A stretch of 64,000 nt of DNA from assembly GCA_036172245.1 (NCBI GenBank), contig JAYWIR010000002.1, positions 5,084,001 through 5,148,000 on the forward strand. Direction: 5' to 3'. The DNA is from Raillietiella orientalis. Taxonomy: Eukaryota. The stretch's first letter is position 1, and each line of letters starts with the position of its first letter. Shown one piece after another: positions 38,601 to 51,389 of this stretch. The notes beneath the pieces were generated by a model, which worked only from the letters and a program-made list of their open reading frames with translations, had not been told where the DNA came from and searched no databases. A program made the translations under genes and the position numbers.

Positions 38601-40894
38601 ACAATTTGCAGGTACGTAGTAAAGAAACAGAATAAAAGACCTGAGTGCACAGCACATGTGTTAACCTTCCAGCAGAGGTGATTCCAACCTACAATGTCAG
38701 CATGGTCGAGGATGGGGAAGCAATCAGTCATGCTGATATTACTGGGAAAGATTTACTTGTGGAATTCAAAGAATGCATTGAGAAGAATACAGTCCTAGAG
38801 AATATGCGGAAAGAATACAAATCTAATTTGAAAACTCTTTGCAAAGAATTAAAAAAATCAAGACAGAAATCAGTGCAGCTTCAGAAGCAGCTGCATGATG
38901 CTGTTCTGCTTCAGAGAGCAACGACCAATTTAGAGACGCACTACACGGAAGCAAAAGAATATTGGTCCAAATGTGAAAAAGTTCTACAGTTAGTGAAGGA
39001 CTGTCATAGTGCTTTTCAAATTATTCTGAAGAATGCAGGAATTACAGTTAAAGAGAGGTGGGATGATTGGACAAAGACGAAAAAGAAACTGGACCATCAG
39101 AGACTTGATAAGAATATTACTTCATTAAAGGAACCTGCTCCTACTGATTTTCAATTAAACTCCATTCCTGAGTGCCTCATCATGTTGATACATGATCTTC
39201 ATACTGTATATCCAGAATTGATTATACAAAGGAATGCCCGTAAAGCTCAGGAAACAAATGACACACAGATTGCTTCCTTGAATTCTGTTGGGGACATGGA
39301 GGTTCTACCTGATAATTCTGGACAAGTAATTGGAAATTTAAGTAAGGTTCCACCTAATAATTCTGGACAAGTAATTGAGAACCTAAGTAAGAATGCTGAT
39401 ATTGAACATATAGATACAAAGCAAGCTGTGCATCCTCCTAAAGTGTTAGAAAATAGAACTAATGATAATTTTGCTTCTGATAAAGTGGGTCGAGTTCCAT
39501 CAGTAAAAAGTAGCATATCTCCAGTGAAACCAACTCAGCCTGCAACTGAATCTAATAATGACGATGGAATACAAGTTTCTTTTTCTTCATCTGATGTACT
39601 GCATCCTGTTCAATCTAATTCAGTGTCCTCTTCCAAGAAACGAAAGCATGAATGCTCAAACAGCCTAGCAGCTTCCAAACAAATAAAATGTTCTAAATGC
39701 AATGTGGATGCAGCTGATATGGAAGAAAGCTCCATTAATTCATTGGATGCTTCCAAGTCCATTCAAAAAAATGCATTAAGCCCAGCAAAAAGCTCACCAC
39801 CAAAGTCCGTAACAAAGAATGTTCAACAAATGGTCTGGCATCATAGTACTCCTCAAAAGGGCATACTTGTTCCCACCATAACGCAGAATTTATGCCTATT
39901 AGGAGATTTGAATGGGAGTAAAGGGAATGCCAAATCGCATAGAAATATTCATTTGATTCTAGAAAAATTCAAATGCACCATAGCTGCAAATGTTCTCTTT
40001 AGAAGTGTTGAAGACAAACAGATGTTGAGTGAACTTGCATTGAAACTAAATTTAGATGATTTAAACCATTTTTTCTCATTAAGTGACTCCAATAAAACAG
40101 GCAAAGTAAAATTGAGTATACTTAACATTCTGGTTTATCTTATGGATGCAATGCTTTGGAGGAAACACAAGATGTTTGAAAATGTAAATGAAGATTTTTT
40201 GTTTGGTCGAGCACAAACCATGGCTGCGATCGGACAGAAGCTATATTGTGATATAAAAACACATCATCCTGATGTGAAAATGCCCCGTCATGTATTGCCT
40301 GTCAATTGGAGACCTTGGTTCACTAGTTACTTTCATCACAGAAAAGCAGTTCACAAACAGCAAGCATTAGAAAAAGTATCTGAGCAGAATTCATCTTCAA
40401 GTAAGTTCTTTATATTTTTATGTAGTTCTGATAGGTTATATGCAGGCAGTCCTACATTGAACTTACCTCCCAAACCCTCTTGTCCAAAAGAAGGAAAATC
40501 TTATCAAAAACTGTTTGTGAAGCAAAACATCTTACCTTCTGTATCAAATGCTACATCAGTACCACATATGCACAGCAAGCCTGATGACCCTAATTTATTG
40601 AAAAACGATACTCAGGTACATTAATTTTGACTGTTTTCCACTAATAACAATCTTTAGAAGCTACCAATACATACAAATGGCAGCAACTTTGTGCCAATTG
40701 CATATCCAAAGATAAAAGTCAACTTGAGAACTCAACTTACACAACAGGCATTGTTTTGCACCCCTATTTATTCTGCAATGTTTCCAAGCCAGCCATTCAT
40801 CAGCAATGTATGGTTGCATGTGTATATTACAGTTATGGTGAACCCTATGATTCCAGAAAAAGGCGATTTGTACTGTATGTGGAATTCCAACTGA
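35644..40894 (+). CDS. Unidentified ~970-aa protein (coiled coil, Ser/Pro-rich linker, helical C-terminal region)
   Basis: Exons 35644-35723, 37804-37904, 38015-38611, 38673-40400, 40446-40615, 40658-40894 have GT-AG ends, compatible phases and sum to 2913 nt with no internal stop; in-frame 15-aa duplication at ~39302-39391. Confidence 0.72.
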
Positions 40895-42599
40895 TTTAGC
40901 CTGTGCTGAATGTCAAAGTACTTATTACTGTGGGTCCAATTGCCAAGTGAGCCTGTGATTTGTTTTATATTTTTGTTTGGAGGATAAATAGTGTATTCTT
41001 TCCTATATATAAATTTGTAATTTTAAATATCTTGTTTAGAAAGTAGATGCCATCATACTCTACTTACGCATGTTTTTATGAATTTTGTGAATGTGATGGA
41101 TTACTGTGATTGTAGGCAGCAGACTGGTCAAGGCATCAGCAACTTTGTGGTCTTCCCACTACTTAATCAATTCATGTCTTCTAACTTATCCAAAATTCAG
41201 TATAATTAAACATGCCACAGGTTTGTAATTTACTTTTGCAGTCTTAAAGGTCGTTACCTTAAAGGGCATTACCTATATACGTTGTTCTCCCCTTTTTTTG
41301 TTACAACTCGAAAAAATAATGTTTGTTATTGAAAAAGCCCTTTAATATATAGATGGACAACATTTGTGATGCAAGTTTAGAACTTTCAGCTTCGGTTAGT
41401 GTTGACTGTCTTCGCTCCGACAATTTCATCTTTGAAATTTGAGACTGGCTAATTAGGGCTAATCGTAGATTGAATAACTTTAAGCATCTTGTAAATTTCA
41501 GTTATAGGTGCCCATTTAGTTTTTCATTTTTATATCTTTCTTTCAATTTGTTGTAATTTTACATTCTTTTCATTATAATGACCATACTTTCGGGATAGTA
41601 ACTTTTCTCCAAAACAGTTTTGTTAAATCATCCGTGACGATTGATGTACCAGTTTAACATCAAACTTTGCGTCAGTATTGCCAATTTCGGTTGCTACTGA
41701 TTATCTTCCTTTAGTATTTTTGTATTTCATACTGCAAAGATTATCAAAACAGTGTTAACTACATAAACTGTCATAAATGCTTCAACGGAATTGTTAGCTA
41801 GAGTCCTTACTTGAATCTTAAAATATTGATGACATGTGATTGAGAGAGGAAGAAGGTCATTTCATTTAGTTTCAACAAGCACATTTAAATTCCACGACCG
41901 TTCTTTCCCCGACCTTCTGTTTTTAAGACCTCAACTTGGAGTGGCTTGTTCCAAAACAGGTCTCTGCATTATTGATGGATAGCAATGCACAACAGATGCT
42001 CCACTTCTGTAAATTGGAGATGATTTTTTCGCTGCCCTGTTGACGTTCCTCCACATTTTTCAACAAACAAACTGCTGATTTGTCTTTTCCATCACACATT
42101 TTGTTAAAGTTCGTAATTTATGGTGAACAGTTCGAAATTTCACTTCGAAAGAAACTTCCCTTTATCGGTGTGTTCTCCATTATTTTAGCACTTTTCGACG
42201 GCATCGATTGAAGGTTTGTCAAAATTCTCGATGTTTCAATGCAGGGTTTGTAGTAAAATGCCGTGGGAGAGGAATGGTTTCAGTTTTCCTTGCGAGTCTC
42301 GCCTGTTCTAGTAGGGAAATGTGTCTCTCAGCGAAGCCACGCCAGGAGAAAATAACGTAATTCTTGCATTCAGAACCGCTTTACGTTTCTATATGAAAAA
42401 CAGCTTATGTGTTGAACGGAAAGTGTGGGGGGGGGGGGACCAGAGCCACATAATTCAGGAAAAAGTCTTATGCCGAAATACATGGGAGAAAAAGAAAAAC
42501 AAAGCTTTAATGGCGATAGTTCAGTGGTCTTGAGGTTTTTCAAAAGTTCAACTTGGGACTGTTATCATCAGCGTTACACTGTAATAACATTTAAGTTTG

Positions 42600-43250
42600 A
42601 TTCTATATTTTTTGTAAAGGACCTACTGCATTTATGCTTATAAGAAGGCTTGCAGTAACTCCAAGACTTGAAACCTTCCAACTGCAGAAGGAAATGATGC
42701 AGAGATGAATATAATTTACGTATCGAGTGAATATTCCACTGCTACATATCAAAATGTATCGAACGATATTGCCATATTTTTAGGTTGAGTCGCTCATCCA
42801 CTTGAGATTTTCAGTCGTGTTCATCGTGCCTTTGGGTGTCAGCTTCTTGTTCATTTTAGAAGGGATGCAAAAAGAAAAAAAATGTTGCTGTTTGCATTCA
42901 AGAGTTTTTTCTTTGGAAAAAAAAAAAGCTAATGGTGGTTTTCCGTTCGATTTCTGGGAAAATGACTAGACTACATAGTGGCGCTTACGATCTCAATAAA
43001 GCTGTGAATGCATTTCATTCATAAGTGGAAAGTGGCCACAGTTTTTAGAATCTTTTTTCCTTTTCGCGCTGTACCGACAGATCCTGAAGGAACGCTCACA
43101 AAACTGCAACATTAATGACGAACTGCCGATTGAGTTTATCTTGATCAAGAAGTATCTCATGTTGTTTACTTCCATCCTGTGTTTGTTTCCGTAGAAATAT
43201 CAGCTGATCTTTCAAAAAACAGGGGAGATTTGATTTTTTTTTTTTTTCTA
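42600..43250 (-). pseudogene. Decayed nucleoprotein-like ORF (putative EVE, family A)
   Basis: FLIKINSIG/FDLLL*SIG (34.28 kb); FPLMNEMHSQLY*DRKRHYVV/FPSNREIGASVLSGDFSNYLL (60.1 kb); QHFFLFASLL/AHFTSCGSII; SSGIFT/ANGIFT. Confidence 0.45.
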
Positions 43251-44899
43251 AAAAAGTCCGATGATGTCAAGCAAGTTGGACATTACATTAAATTTTTGTA
43301 TAATTTTTTGAATGATTCAGTTGCTCCGCTCAGCACTGTCTAATGTAGTAGTACTACTTGTATAATTTCAGCGACAAAGTTGTCTTTGAAAACGCCAAAG
43401 AAATCTTCGTTGTATTCTTTTGGGTCAGAATTATATACAATAGTTAGAGAATGCTTGATAATTGTGCTAGAGCAAATCCATCGCTAATCCGCTGTGCAAT
43501 TTGTTTGTCTCCCGGTAAAAAATGTATTTCAATTTAAATCTGGACCAAGGATGGAGAAGAAGGGATGTCGCATGTGCTATTACTTGTCCGGTGCTTCAAG
43601 TGATTGTGCAGGGATCTGATTATCATTAGGTTCAATCAATCGAGTTTATGAGGAATTACTCAATAGTTCCCGCACCACTCGTATGTGTAAAAAAAAATGT
43701 TCACATGCATGAGGATCTAAATGCGGCGTTTTTTTCATTAGATTTAGAGTTACAGCCTTTGAAGTGTTCGCAAAAACTATTTGCTTAAGATGAATATGCC
43801 TTTGAAAATTCCAGATCGGAGTGCATATGAACAAAAAATAGATCATTTGGGCTTTGAATTGGTTTGCTTTTGAAGTTGATGTTTTGTTCTGTTACATAGG
43901 TTTCAAGGCACAGAGAATCTTTGAGATGTCGTGCTGAGTTGTCTGGAAATTTTCACCATGCATTTGAATTTCTTTTGTGTCTGACATCTGCGGGGTGTTT
44001 GGGATATCGTTTTTATACAGTTCACAGTCACGTACGATTTCATCCGTAAGTATGCATCCGGGCATGGGAATGTTTAAATCTCATGCTAGTTTCTCCTTTA
44101 AAAAAATTTTGATGCTTGGGCGTGGCAATTGATGCTACTCGTCTTTTCAAGAGCTCTTAAAAAAATTCCCCGGGTGCATCGTATTCCCGATTACTCGGCC
44201 AGAGTTCCCGTTGCAGCAATTGGCACAAAAAACGAAACTGTGTAGAGTTGTATGTCACGTAGCAGTTTGGGTTGCCAAACGTATTCTTAGAATATCAAAT
44301 ACAAAAACAGGATTTTTGATGTTTTACACTTTGTGTCTTTGGAGACGATTCCACTCATGCAATGTGAAGATGACCACCAGGCACTTGCTTTCATTATTAT
44401 TTGAAATGTTTTGCTGTTAAAATCGAGCATTTCGACCATTCAATAAGAAGTCTTCGGCTGCAGTCGCATGCCCTGTCGAAGCACAGTAATTTTGATTTAT
44501 GTGACTCGATCTCCAGTGCACAGTGTTACTGTTTCTGTGTGGTTCTTGGTGGGCTATGCACTCTATATACGAATATGCACAAGTTGAAGGTATTTTGGAA
44601 TTTATGGTGGAAAATGTGTTAATGAGATCAATTATCGAACCATCTAAATAAACATACAGAAGATTCATGAAGTGAAACTCGTTCGTTGCATTTCGATTGC
44701 CGTGGTATCCTGCATTCGCTCTCAAATTCTTCCGTGAGCTTCGAAAATGTATTTCATGCTTCCTTTCGCTGCCATAGTGTGCCATATTTGAGAGGACGGC
44801 CGTTTTCTGGATTTCGTACTGTTCTCAGTTTTTTTTTTTTTTTTTAAGCTGCATCATTTTGTTCACCCGTTCTTATCGTTACATTCCATTTCTAAAGTG

Positions 44900-45400
44900 A
44901 AGGAAACTACAAAAAAAGCTGAACAGCAAGCACGAACGAAAGCATCCAAGGAGAAAGGAGAAAATTCGAGACTCTGCAACATGGTGCATTACACAGTTGA
45001 CATTATTTTATAGATACACATATCTGCTGAGCTTCCTATTTGAGGCATTCATTGCGTTTCGCCTTTTTGAGTCGTGGTCGTTGTTTAATGGTCAACATTT
45101 TTCGAATTGCAGGATGGTTCGTGTATAGTGCGACAACTACCAGCTATATTACAAGTGATCCACTGTCCAAGCAAAGCATCGGTACATTTATGTTGTTTCT
45201 GACAGTCCCTGGGAGCTGTGTTGCCAGGAGATTACTCGTCGATTGCTCACTGATCAGTTCACGTACTAAACTTGTACTGAGACCATGCCACCATGCCTGA
45301 GTACAGAAGGTTTCCTCGATTGCGGGGAATTGAAAGTGCATGTTGAAGTGTCTTTGACGAGAACTAAAGCGTATCTCTTCAGAAGGAAACCGGAGAACCA
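44900..45400 (-). pseudogene. Decayed Mononegavirales-type nucleoprotein core fragment (putative EVE)
   Basis: LDSGSLVI*LVVVALYTNHPAI then RYVYL*NN...IFSFLLG parallels the paramyxovirus N core EAGLASFILTIKFGIETMYPAL...PYMVILENS...LWSYAMG (recalled from memory). Confidence 0.4.
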
Positions 45401-46069
45401 TTTACAAACTTAATCTTTCCGATTCACGCCCTTCATGGCATTCGAATGGGCGTTGTTTTCGGGGGGAGGGGGGGGGGGGTTGAAAGTGAAAGTAAAGGCA
45501 GCAAAAGGCATTTATAAGGCAAGCTTTGAGGAATGCTAGTGGGAATGGTGGTCTGGGTATGGTTGTCCATCATCTCCCCGGAAACCACTGGTGTTTCCTC
45601 AACGTCGTGAATTTGGTTAGTTTTGTAGTCATCCTTTTAAGGTTCATCGTGCGATTTCGGAGACTGGCTAACATTTAATGCTAAGTCTTCAGGTTTTAAA
45701 GCTTATTTGGTTAGTTTTCATGAAGCTAGTTCATTGCATGAATAGAATTTTCATATGTAAAATATAGCAAAAGATTGTGATTTCCAAGTCGTGTTGTGTT
45801 GGTATACGGACAGCCATTCGTTGTACTTTTGCAGTATTCATTTTCACTGTAGCATCTTCAAGATGAAACCTGATGTGCACTACAACGTATATTTTCACGT
45901 TTTTTTTTAAAAAAATTCTTCTTTATCGTACATTACTGTTACTTTCATTACCTCCATGTAAGCGAGCTTTTCATTCCGTATGTGCATCGGAATTTTAAAA
46001 TCCTGACTGAGGTCCTCGTCCGATGTGAAACTGATTAGTTCGAGTGTTCCATGTCGGCCTTTCTTATTA

Positions 46070-46520
46070 TGAACATCGGATGTTTGGTCCTAACTCCAAT
46101 TTTCTCACAGCAGTTGCCGACTTAAGAACATTCCAGGAACTTATTTTTAGTACTTTCCGTACCTCCGAGGCTTGAAGTTCGCAAACTGCAGCGATATGTA
46201 TACTTTTGTGAAAAAACGCTGCGTTCACATGACCTCTGCGAGTGACCATGGCGATGCTGGTCTGCATCGCGTACTGGGCATTCCTAGTCTTGGAAGACCA
46301 AGGACGTGGTGCTTGCAACTTTCTTTCCCTCAAAGGTCGTGTTCAGATTGTTCGAGTTGTAACAAATGCGGTTCTGGGAAGTAAATACAGTAAATACGCA
46401 TTACACATTTGTAACTTTGCTTTCAGAGTGCTTTCAAATTTGCCATTTCAGCAAAGTTTACCGCAGCTTCCAAGTTTGCTTATGTCGAAGGAAATCTTAT
46501 TTGCTAAACCAGCTTGGTAG
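46070..46520 (-). pseudogene. Chuvirus-like nucleoprotein fragment (putative EVE)
   Basis: AYLLYLLP... and IAMVTRRGHVNAAFFHKSIHIAAVCEL resemble the chu N pattern AKRGxVTxxFxxKIxxxVxxEL. Confidence 0.42.
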
Positions 46521-48189
46521 TTTGGTTGAATTCAAGCTGCTGAAAGACTCTCATTTTCTCCTAATGATTAGTTGTGTATACGTTTTTTAATGTAACATGT
46601 GTTTCAATTAGGTTTGTTCTCCCTTTAAAATTCTGTAAAAATCTTTCAGATTCTACTGGGAAGCAAGCAGCAGTGGTCCCAAAAGGTACACTAGTTTGTA
46701 GAAAGCTGTGGCATTGCTTGGAAGGCTATGACGGATTGTTTTATCTTTGGACGTTTAGAGTACTGTTTATAGATGCGGAAAAATGAAAACGCATCTTTAC
46801 AGGAACATATGTGATTTAAAGGTATCCAGGATCTCAGTGGAAACGAGATTTAATTGGAGAACTCCAAACAGAGATTCCTCGTCTTCAAAAAAATTTCTTA
46901 GGGCTTTTGCCTCAGTTAAAGTGGAAGTGACTAAAATTTTCCCTTGGTGCACCAGAAATTAACCATGCTGTTGCGAGATTTCATCGAAAGACATCTAGTT
47001 GCAACAGCATGCAAAAAAAAAAAAAAAGACGTAAATTCGTTGTGTTAACCCTCCTTTCCCTTGCCAAAATGAAAAGCCGTTTTTCTACCTCATGTTTGCT
47101 CTGGAATTAATTGTCGAGCAAACGTGTCTTCTCTGAGTCTACTCGTAATTGGTACTCTGGAGAGTACTGATAGTATTGATACCTTGCAACCTTTCGCCTG
47201 CAGCCGCGTGCCCGCTCGAAGCAGAAGGATATACGTGAACACATCTCGTTCAAATGTTCAAATCCCTCCATAGGCTGATGAGCATCTGTGCAAAGCCCCA
47301 GTGTAGATGCCTGGACCATTCAACTGTTTAGCTTACCATCACTCACCAAGAAGACCTCGTTTTATAAACAAAAATGTTTTAGTGTACCGAGCAAGCTGGG
47401 CACTATTGTTTTTAATAAAATCGGAAAGCTTTAAAATTTTTAAATAGTGCTTCACTAGTTCAAGTGCATGATATGTAGATCATCGTTTTGTTTACCGTAT
47501 CAAAGAAAATATATAAAGTCGTGCATGGTAAGACAAAGCCGACCATGAGCACGTCTTTTTTCCTGGTATGAAGGTGACGGAATGTGTAGTAACAGTTGGA
47601 AAAGCTCAGCACGAAAAGGTGATTGGTGAATCAGTTAGAAATAATCACTGTGTCAGTATTATCGAAGAAATAAATACTACATCCAGGTATGCATTAAGAG
47701 TTTCAGAACGTGGTGAGCACGATAGAATTTCTGGCGCAAGTCCTCGTTTTGTGGTCATTGAAAATTCGGCCAGTTCTCATTTTTAACTACAGCTGTTTCA
47801 AGTGTATTCATCCGCATACGTGCATCCCCCTTTCATTCTCAGCCTCGTGAGAGGAAAAATAATCGGCTCCCTAAAAAACTATATTCGCACTTGATTTCGA
47901 AAATACGGAATAGATCAGAGATCAAGGGTCTCGTGCTGCGAAGCACGACGCAAAGGCTTTATCCTCAACTTCTAACGAGCTCTTATTCTTTAGAAGTTAC
48001 CGCCAGTCAACTAGGTCAAGTGTAAAACGATGCCTATGGCATTCGTACAAAAGCTGCCCACTTGAAATCAGAACACGACCTCGCGGAAAGCTGGTTCGAA
48101 TCAGAAAATGCAGCTCAGATTGAAAAACGTGCTCATTAAGCGATCTACACGTACGATTACTACGAGCGAAGGGAAAACGGTCGTTCCGA

Positions 48190-48655
48190 AACGTTCCCTA
48201 TGGGAACGTTTCGGAACGACCCTTGGGATACCGGTTGGCGGCAACCCCAGAGACGTTTACAGCCTTCTCTTCGTGCGGGACGCCCTGCAGCCAGCCGCAG
48301 TCCTGGCAGCACTTTGCTGCATCCGTGGGATTGTGGCGGCTAGGAGTGAAACCGAAGATGAAGGGGCCAACGAGAGGGACGTCATCCCGTATGCTGTTCG
48401 CTTCCTGCAGAGAGCTACCGAATGGCCCCAGCTGGGTGGACTGAAGAAGGACCTCCAGGGCATCCTGCAAAGGATAGACCCATCCCTTCCCTTCCCTCCA
48501 AACATTTTTTTTCGTTTATTGTTTTATTTTTATTTTCTTTTTGTTTTTTTCCCCCCATCCCCTTCCACTGCCGAGGAGAGTCACGCTGGTCTGCGTCCCG
48601 GCGTCTCGGCAGGTCCTGCAAAAGTTGGCCGTTAGTGGAGCCCTGTACCACGTTT
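48190..48655 (+). mobile_element. Tx1/L1-clade LINE 3' fragment
   Basis: LWERFGTTLGIPVGGNP...AVLAALCCIRGIV...W, followed by a polypyrimidine tract and hairpin; homologous to the other copies. Confidence 0.8.
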
Positions 48656-48669
48656 TTGTACTGACCTTA

Positions 48670-48926
48670 AGGAGAGTTTCAATAAACGTCCCGGCGTATC
48701 CGGGTAGCAGCGCATACAGACTGGGATGAAGGCCACACTCTACTTCCAGTTTGGCGATCACCGTTGCTTGCACATAGTAGGCGATCGCCAGCGAGGAGGG
48801 AACTGGTAGGTCGGGAAGATTCGTCTCAGCAGGTCCTGTCGGACAGAGAGAAAGTGTTCCGGCGACGCGCTGCTGCAGCCCGGTGGATTCCAGCGGGACG
48901 TTTGCCACACGAATTTGCCCGGTCAT
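48670..48926 (-). pseudogene. Short ATG-initiated non-LINE frame, possible viral nucleoprotein N-terminus
   Basis: MTGQIRVANV...LPVPSSLAIAYY...HPSLYALLPGYAG; LxxLLPG recalls borna/chu N; sits between two converging LINE 3' ends. Confidence 0.28.
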
Positions 48927-48949
48927 TCATTATTAAAATTTTATAAAAA

Positions 48950-50260
48950 TTTCATAAGAGTCGGAATTTTTACAATATCTTGGTAGAACACTTGGCTCTA
49001 CCCCGTGCGAAAGACTTGCCAAAACCGATACGCAGACCGGTGAGATCCTCTTCAGCGGCGAAGAGGGAGGGAAAACCAATCAAAAAAATAAACAAAAAAT
49101 GGGAGAAAAAAATGAGGATGTTTTTTCGGGGAGGGGAGAGGGGGAGGCCAAAGAAGGGATCACTATTCTCCAGGAAACGTCCTCTGCATCCTGTTTCTGA
49201 TGCTGGCAAATTCTATTTACTTTCCTTAAAGTTGGGGCCATCGGGAAGAGGTCTTTCCTCCCAGTAGATGGCATCCCTGCTAGTGTGGACTCTTTTCGCG
49301 TTCCACTTTGCCACGATTTCTCTTGCACAGCAGAGAACTGATAGAGTTGCGACTAGGGGCAGGGCGTCACGCATGAAGAGGCGCTGGAAAATGTTTTTAG
49401 GGTGGCCAACCGGGATTTTGAGCAACAACGAGCCTATCCCAATGGGCACGGACGTCGACACAGTTTATTAGACACAGCTGCCGGAAGGTTTCCCTTTCGC
49501 CTCACTCTGCACAATGGGCATCCACGTTTTCGAGTGTCCAGTGAGAGAGGCATGCTCTGCATGGAGGAGAGGCATTCCCCAATGCAACAACAGCAACGTC
49601 TTCTCTTGTCACTCCAGGGGGAGGGTGCCACTGTTCCAATGCGCTGGGGGCCACTTGACCTCCTCTGGAGGTATGGCAAGCAGCTGGCTCCAGCACAGAA
49701 GTCCATTAGGCAGGATATTCGGGTTGCAGCGTCCGCTAGCTGCTGATATGTCCACGCTTTTAAAAGTTTTTCCTTGCCTCCAATGAGGAAGGATACTTCC
49801 CACGTTGCCTGAACGTTGCCGTCTCTAGCGTTCTTGAGAGAGGGCAGCACTGGGGCAAGGGGGGTGAACGAAGCCCACAGCAGTTTGCATGGATTGCACA
49901 TGATTTCCCGCAAGGGTGTCGAGCCTGTCTTCCTCTGTGGAGGCAGGCGTACTCCGCCTCGCTCGAGCCGTGGATCTTTCCCCATGCTGAAACTACCCCT
50001 GAAGCCAGGCAGGGCTGTTCGCGGGGATGCAGGAGATCCAGGCGTTCTCCTGCACCAGGGCAACCATCCGACGCAGCTGATGGTCACAATGTCTCATGCT
50101 GCGGTCGTAAGCCGCGAGGGATCGAGGTCAATCCTTTGCAGCCGGTCGCACTTCGGGTGAGGAGGCGTGCGGGTGCGCACAAGGACGTTATGCAAGGGCG
50201 AGTCTCCTGAATTGGAGTTGTCGCACTATCTACTCCAGCGTAAGAAGGCCTAGTCTGCCG
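48950..50260 (-). mobile_element. Tx1/L1-clade LINE 3' portion
   Basis: WSDKRRRCCC..IG, CAE-type finger, LLKIPVGHPKNIFQRLFMRDALP..LCCAREIV, 3' polypyrimidine tract and terminal hairpin. Confidence 0.82.
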
Positions 50261-50269
50261 CCATCTCCC

Positions 50270-51260
50270 TGGCTAATTCCTGGCAGGTGAGGCTACCCCG
50301 TAGCCGTCCTCATCAAGGCGGCTGCCATTCCGGTGGCTCCCCTTAGCTGCGAGCGAGACTCCATCACGGAGCGGCTGCGACGATGGTGCGGAGGCACAAC
50401 AGATCGATGCGATCACGCAGCCCGCTGCCAGCTCCCTCTTCGTGTGAAGTGCCGCAGCAAGTCCGAAGCAACGTCTCCATGTGGCCGAAGCGAATCTCCG
50501 CCAAATGCCCTCCAATGCACTGCAGTCCAACAGGAGGTGCGGGAACGAGTCCATCGTCCCCTGCACCTGGAACAGTTCTTGAAGGCAGTTTTCCCGGAAA
50601 CCAGGAGCCTGTGCTGGTTGCACAGGCAATCCCCGTTTCAGAAACCTCAGGACATTTCGTTTCCAACGGAGCGGGAACACGGAGGTGTCCACGCACAGGG
50701 AAGGGGCCGCAGGTTCTTCGGGGGGGCACATCGAGCAGGTCGCACTGCCGAAGGCGTTCCTTCTCCGGGACCGAGGAGTGCCGCACCGTCCACCCGCTCG
50801 CTCGTCTTGCGGCCGTCGAGGAGTTTCTCGGAACCTGCAGTGTTGCAGGACAACTCTCATCCCGCCAGTTGGCTGCCGTCATCGTTGTCCTGAGGGCAGA
50901 CAATGCTGCGGCAAGGGACGAGACGGCTATCCGGGACCACTCCGTCGAGTCCTGGAGGAGATCGTCCAGTGGCTTGCATAAGAGTTTTCGGAGAGAAAGA
51001 AGTTCCTCTGGGCGCGATTCCGGAGCGACTACCCAGGACTCCAGTGACTTCTGCCACAGGGCATTCCAGTTTTCGGGGCAGCAAGAGGTTTAAAGGTGGG
51101 ATTCCAACAATGAGGGTGTCTCAGGGGAAAGCCGGATCCCTTCATCCTGTGTTGGCAAGACGTAACCATGGAGGAAAGTTCCTTGCTTCCGGCGCATAGC
51201 CGAAGGATGGTCTTGCTGCGCGCGTGGTCTAGACAAGGAGTAAACTCCACTGTGCCTTCT
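50270..51260 (-). mobile_element. Tx1/L1-clade LINE fragment, second subfamily
   Basis: TSVFPLRWKRNVLRF...DSFPHLLLDCSALEGIW; homologous to 56030-56780. Confidence 0.72.
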
Positions 51261-51389
51261 GTCGATCGCCGAAAGGACTACCCCCGGAATCAGGACTTCA
51301 GAACCGGATGCAGCTTTCTGACTGGCTCAAACCACATGAAACACACTTCATTGAATTTTGAGGATGCTGCAAGTTACGTTTAGGAAGTG

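Noticed and set aside
41940..42060. ALL...ETCFG peptide shared with ~10.4 kb
   Set aside because: Short, gapped and without flanking support; may be chance.
47270..47325. Hammerhead ribozyme (ctgatga followed by a stem)
   Set aside because: The required GAAA core after stem II is absent.
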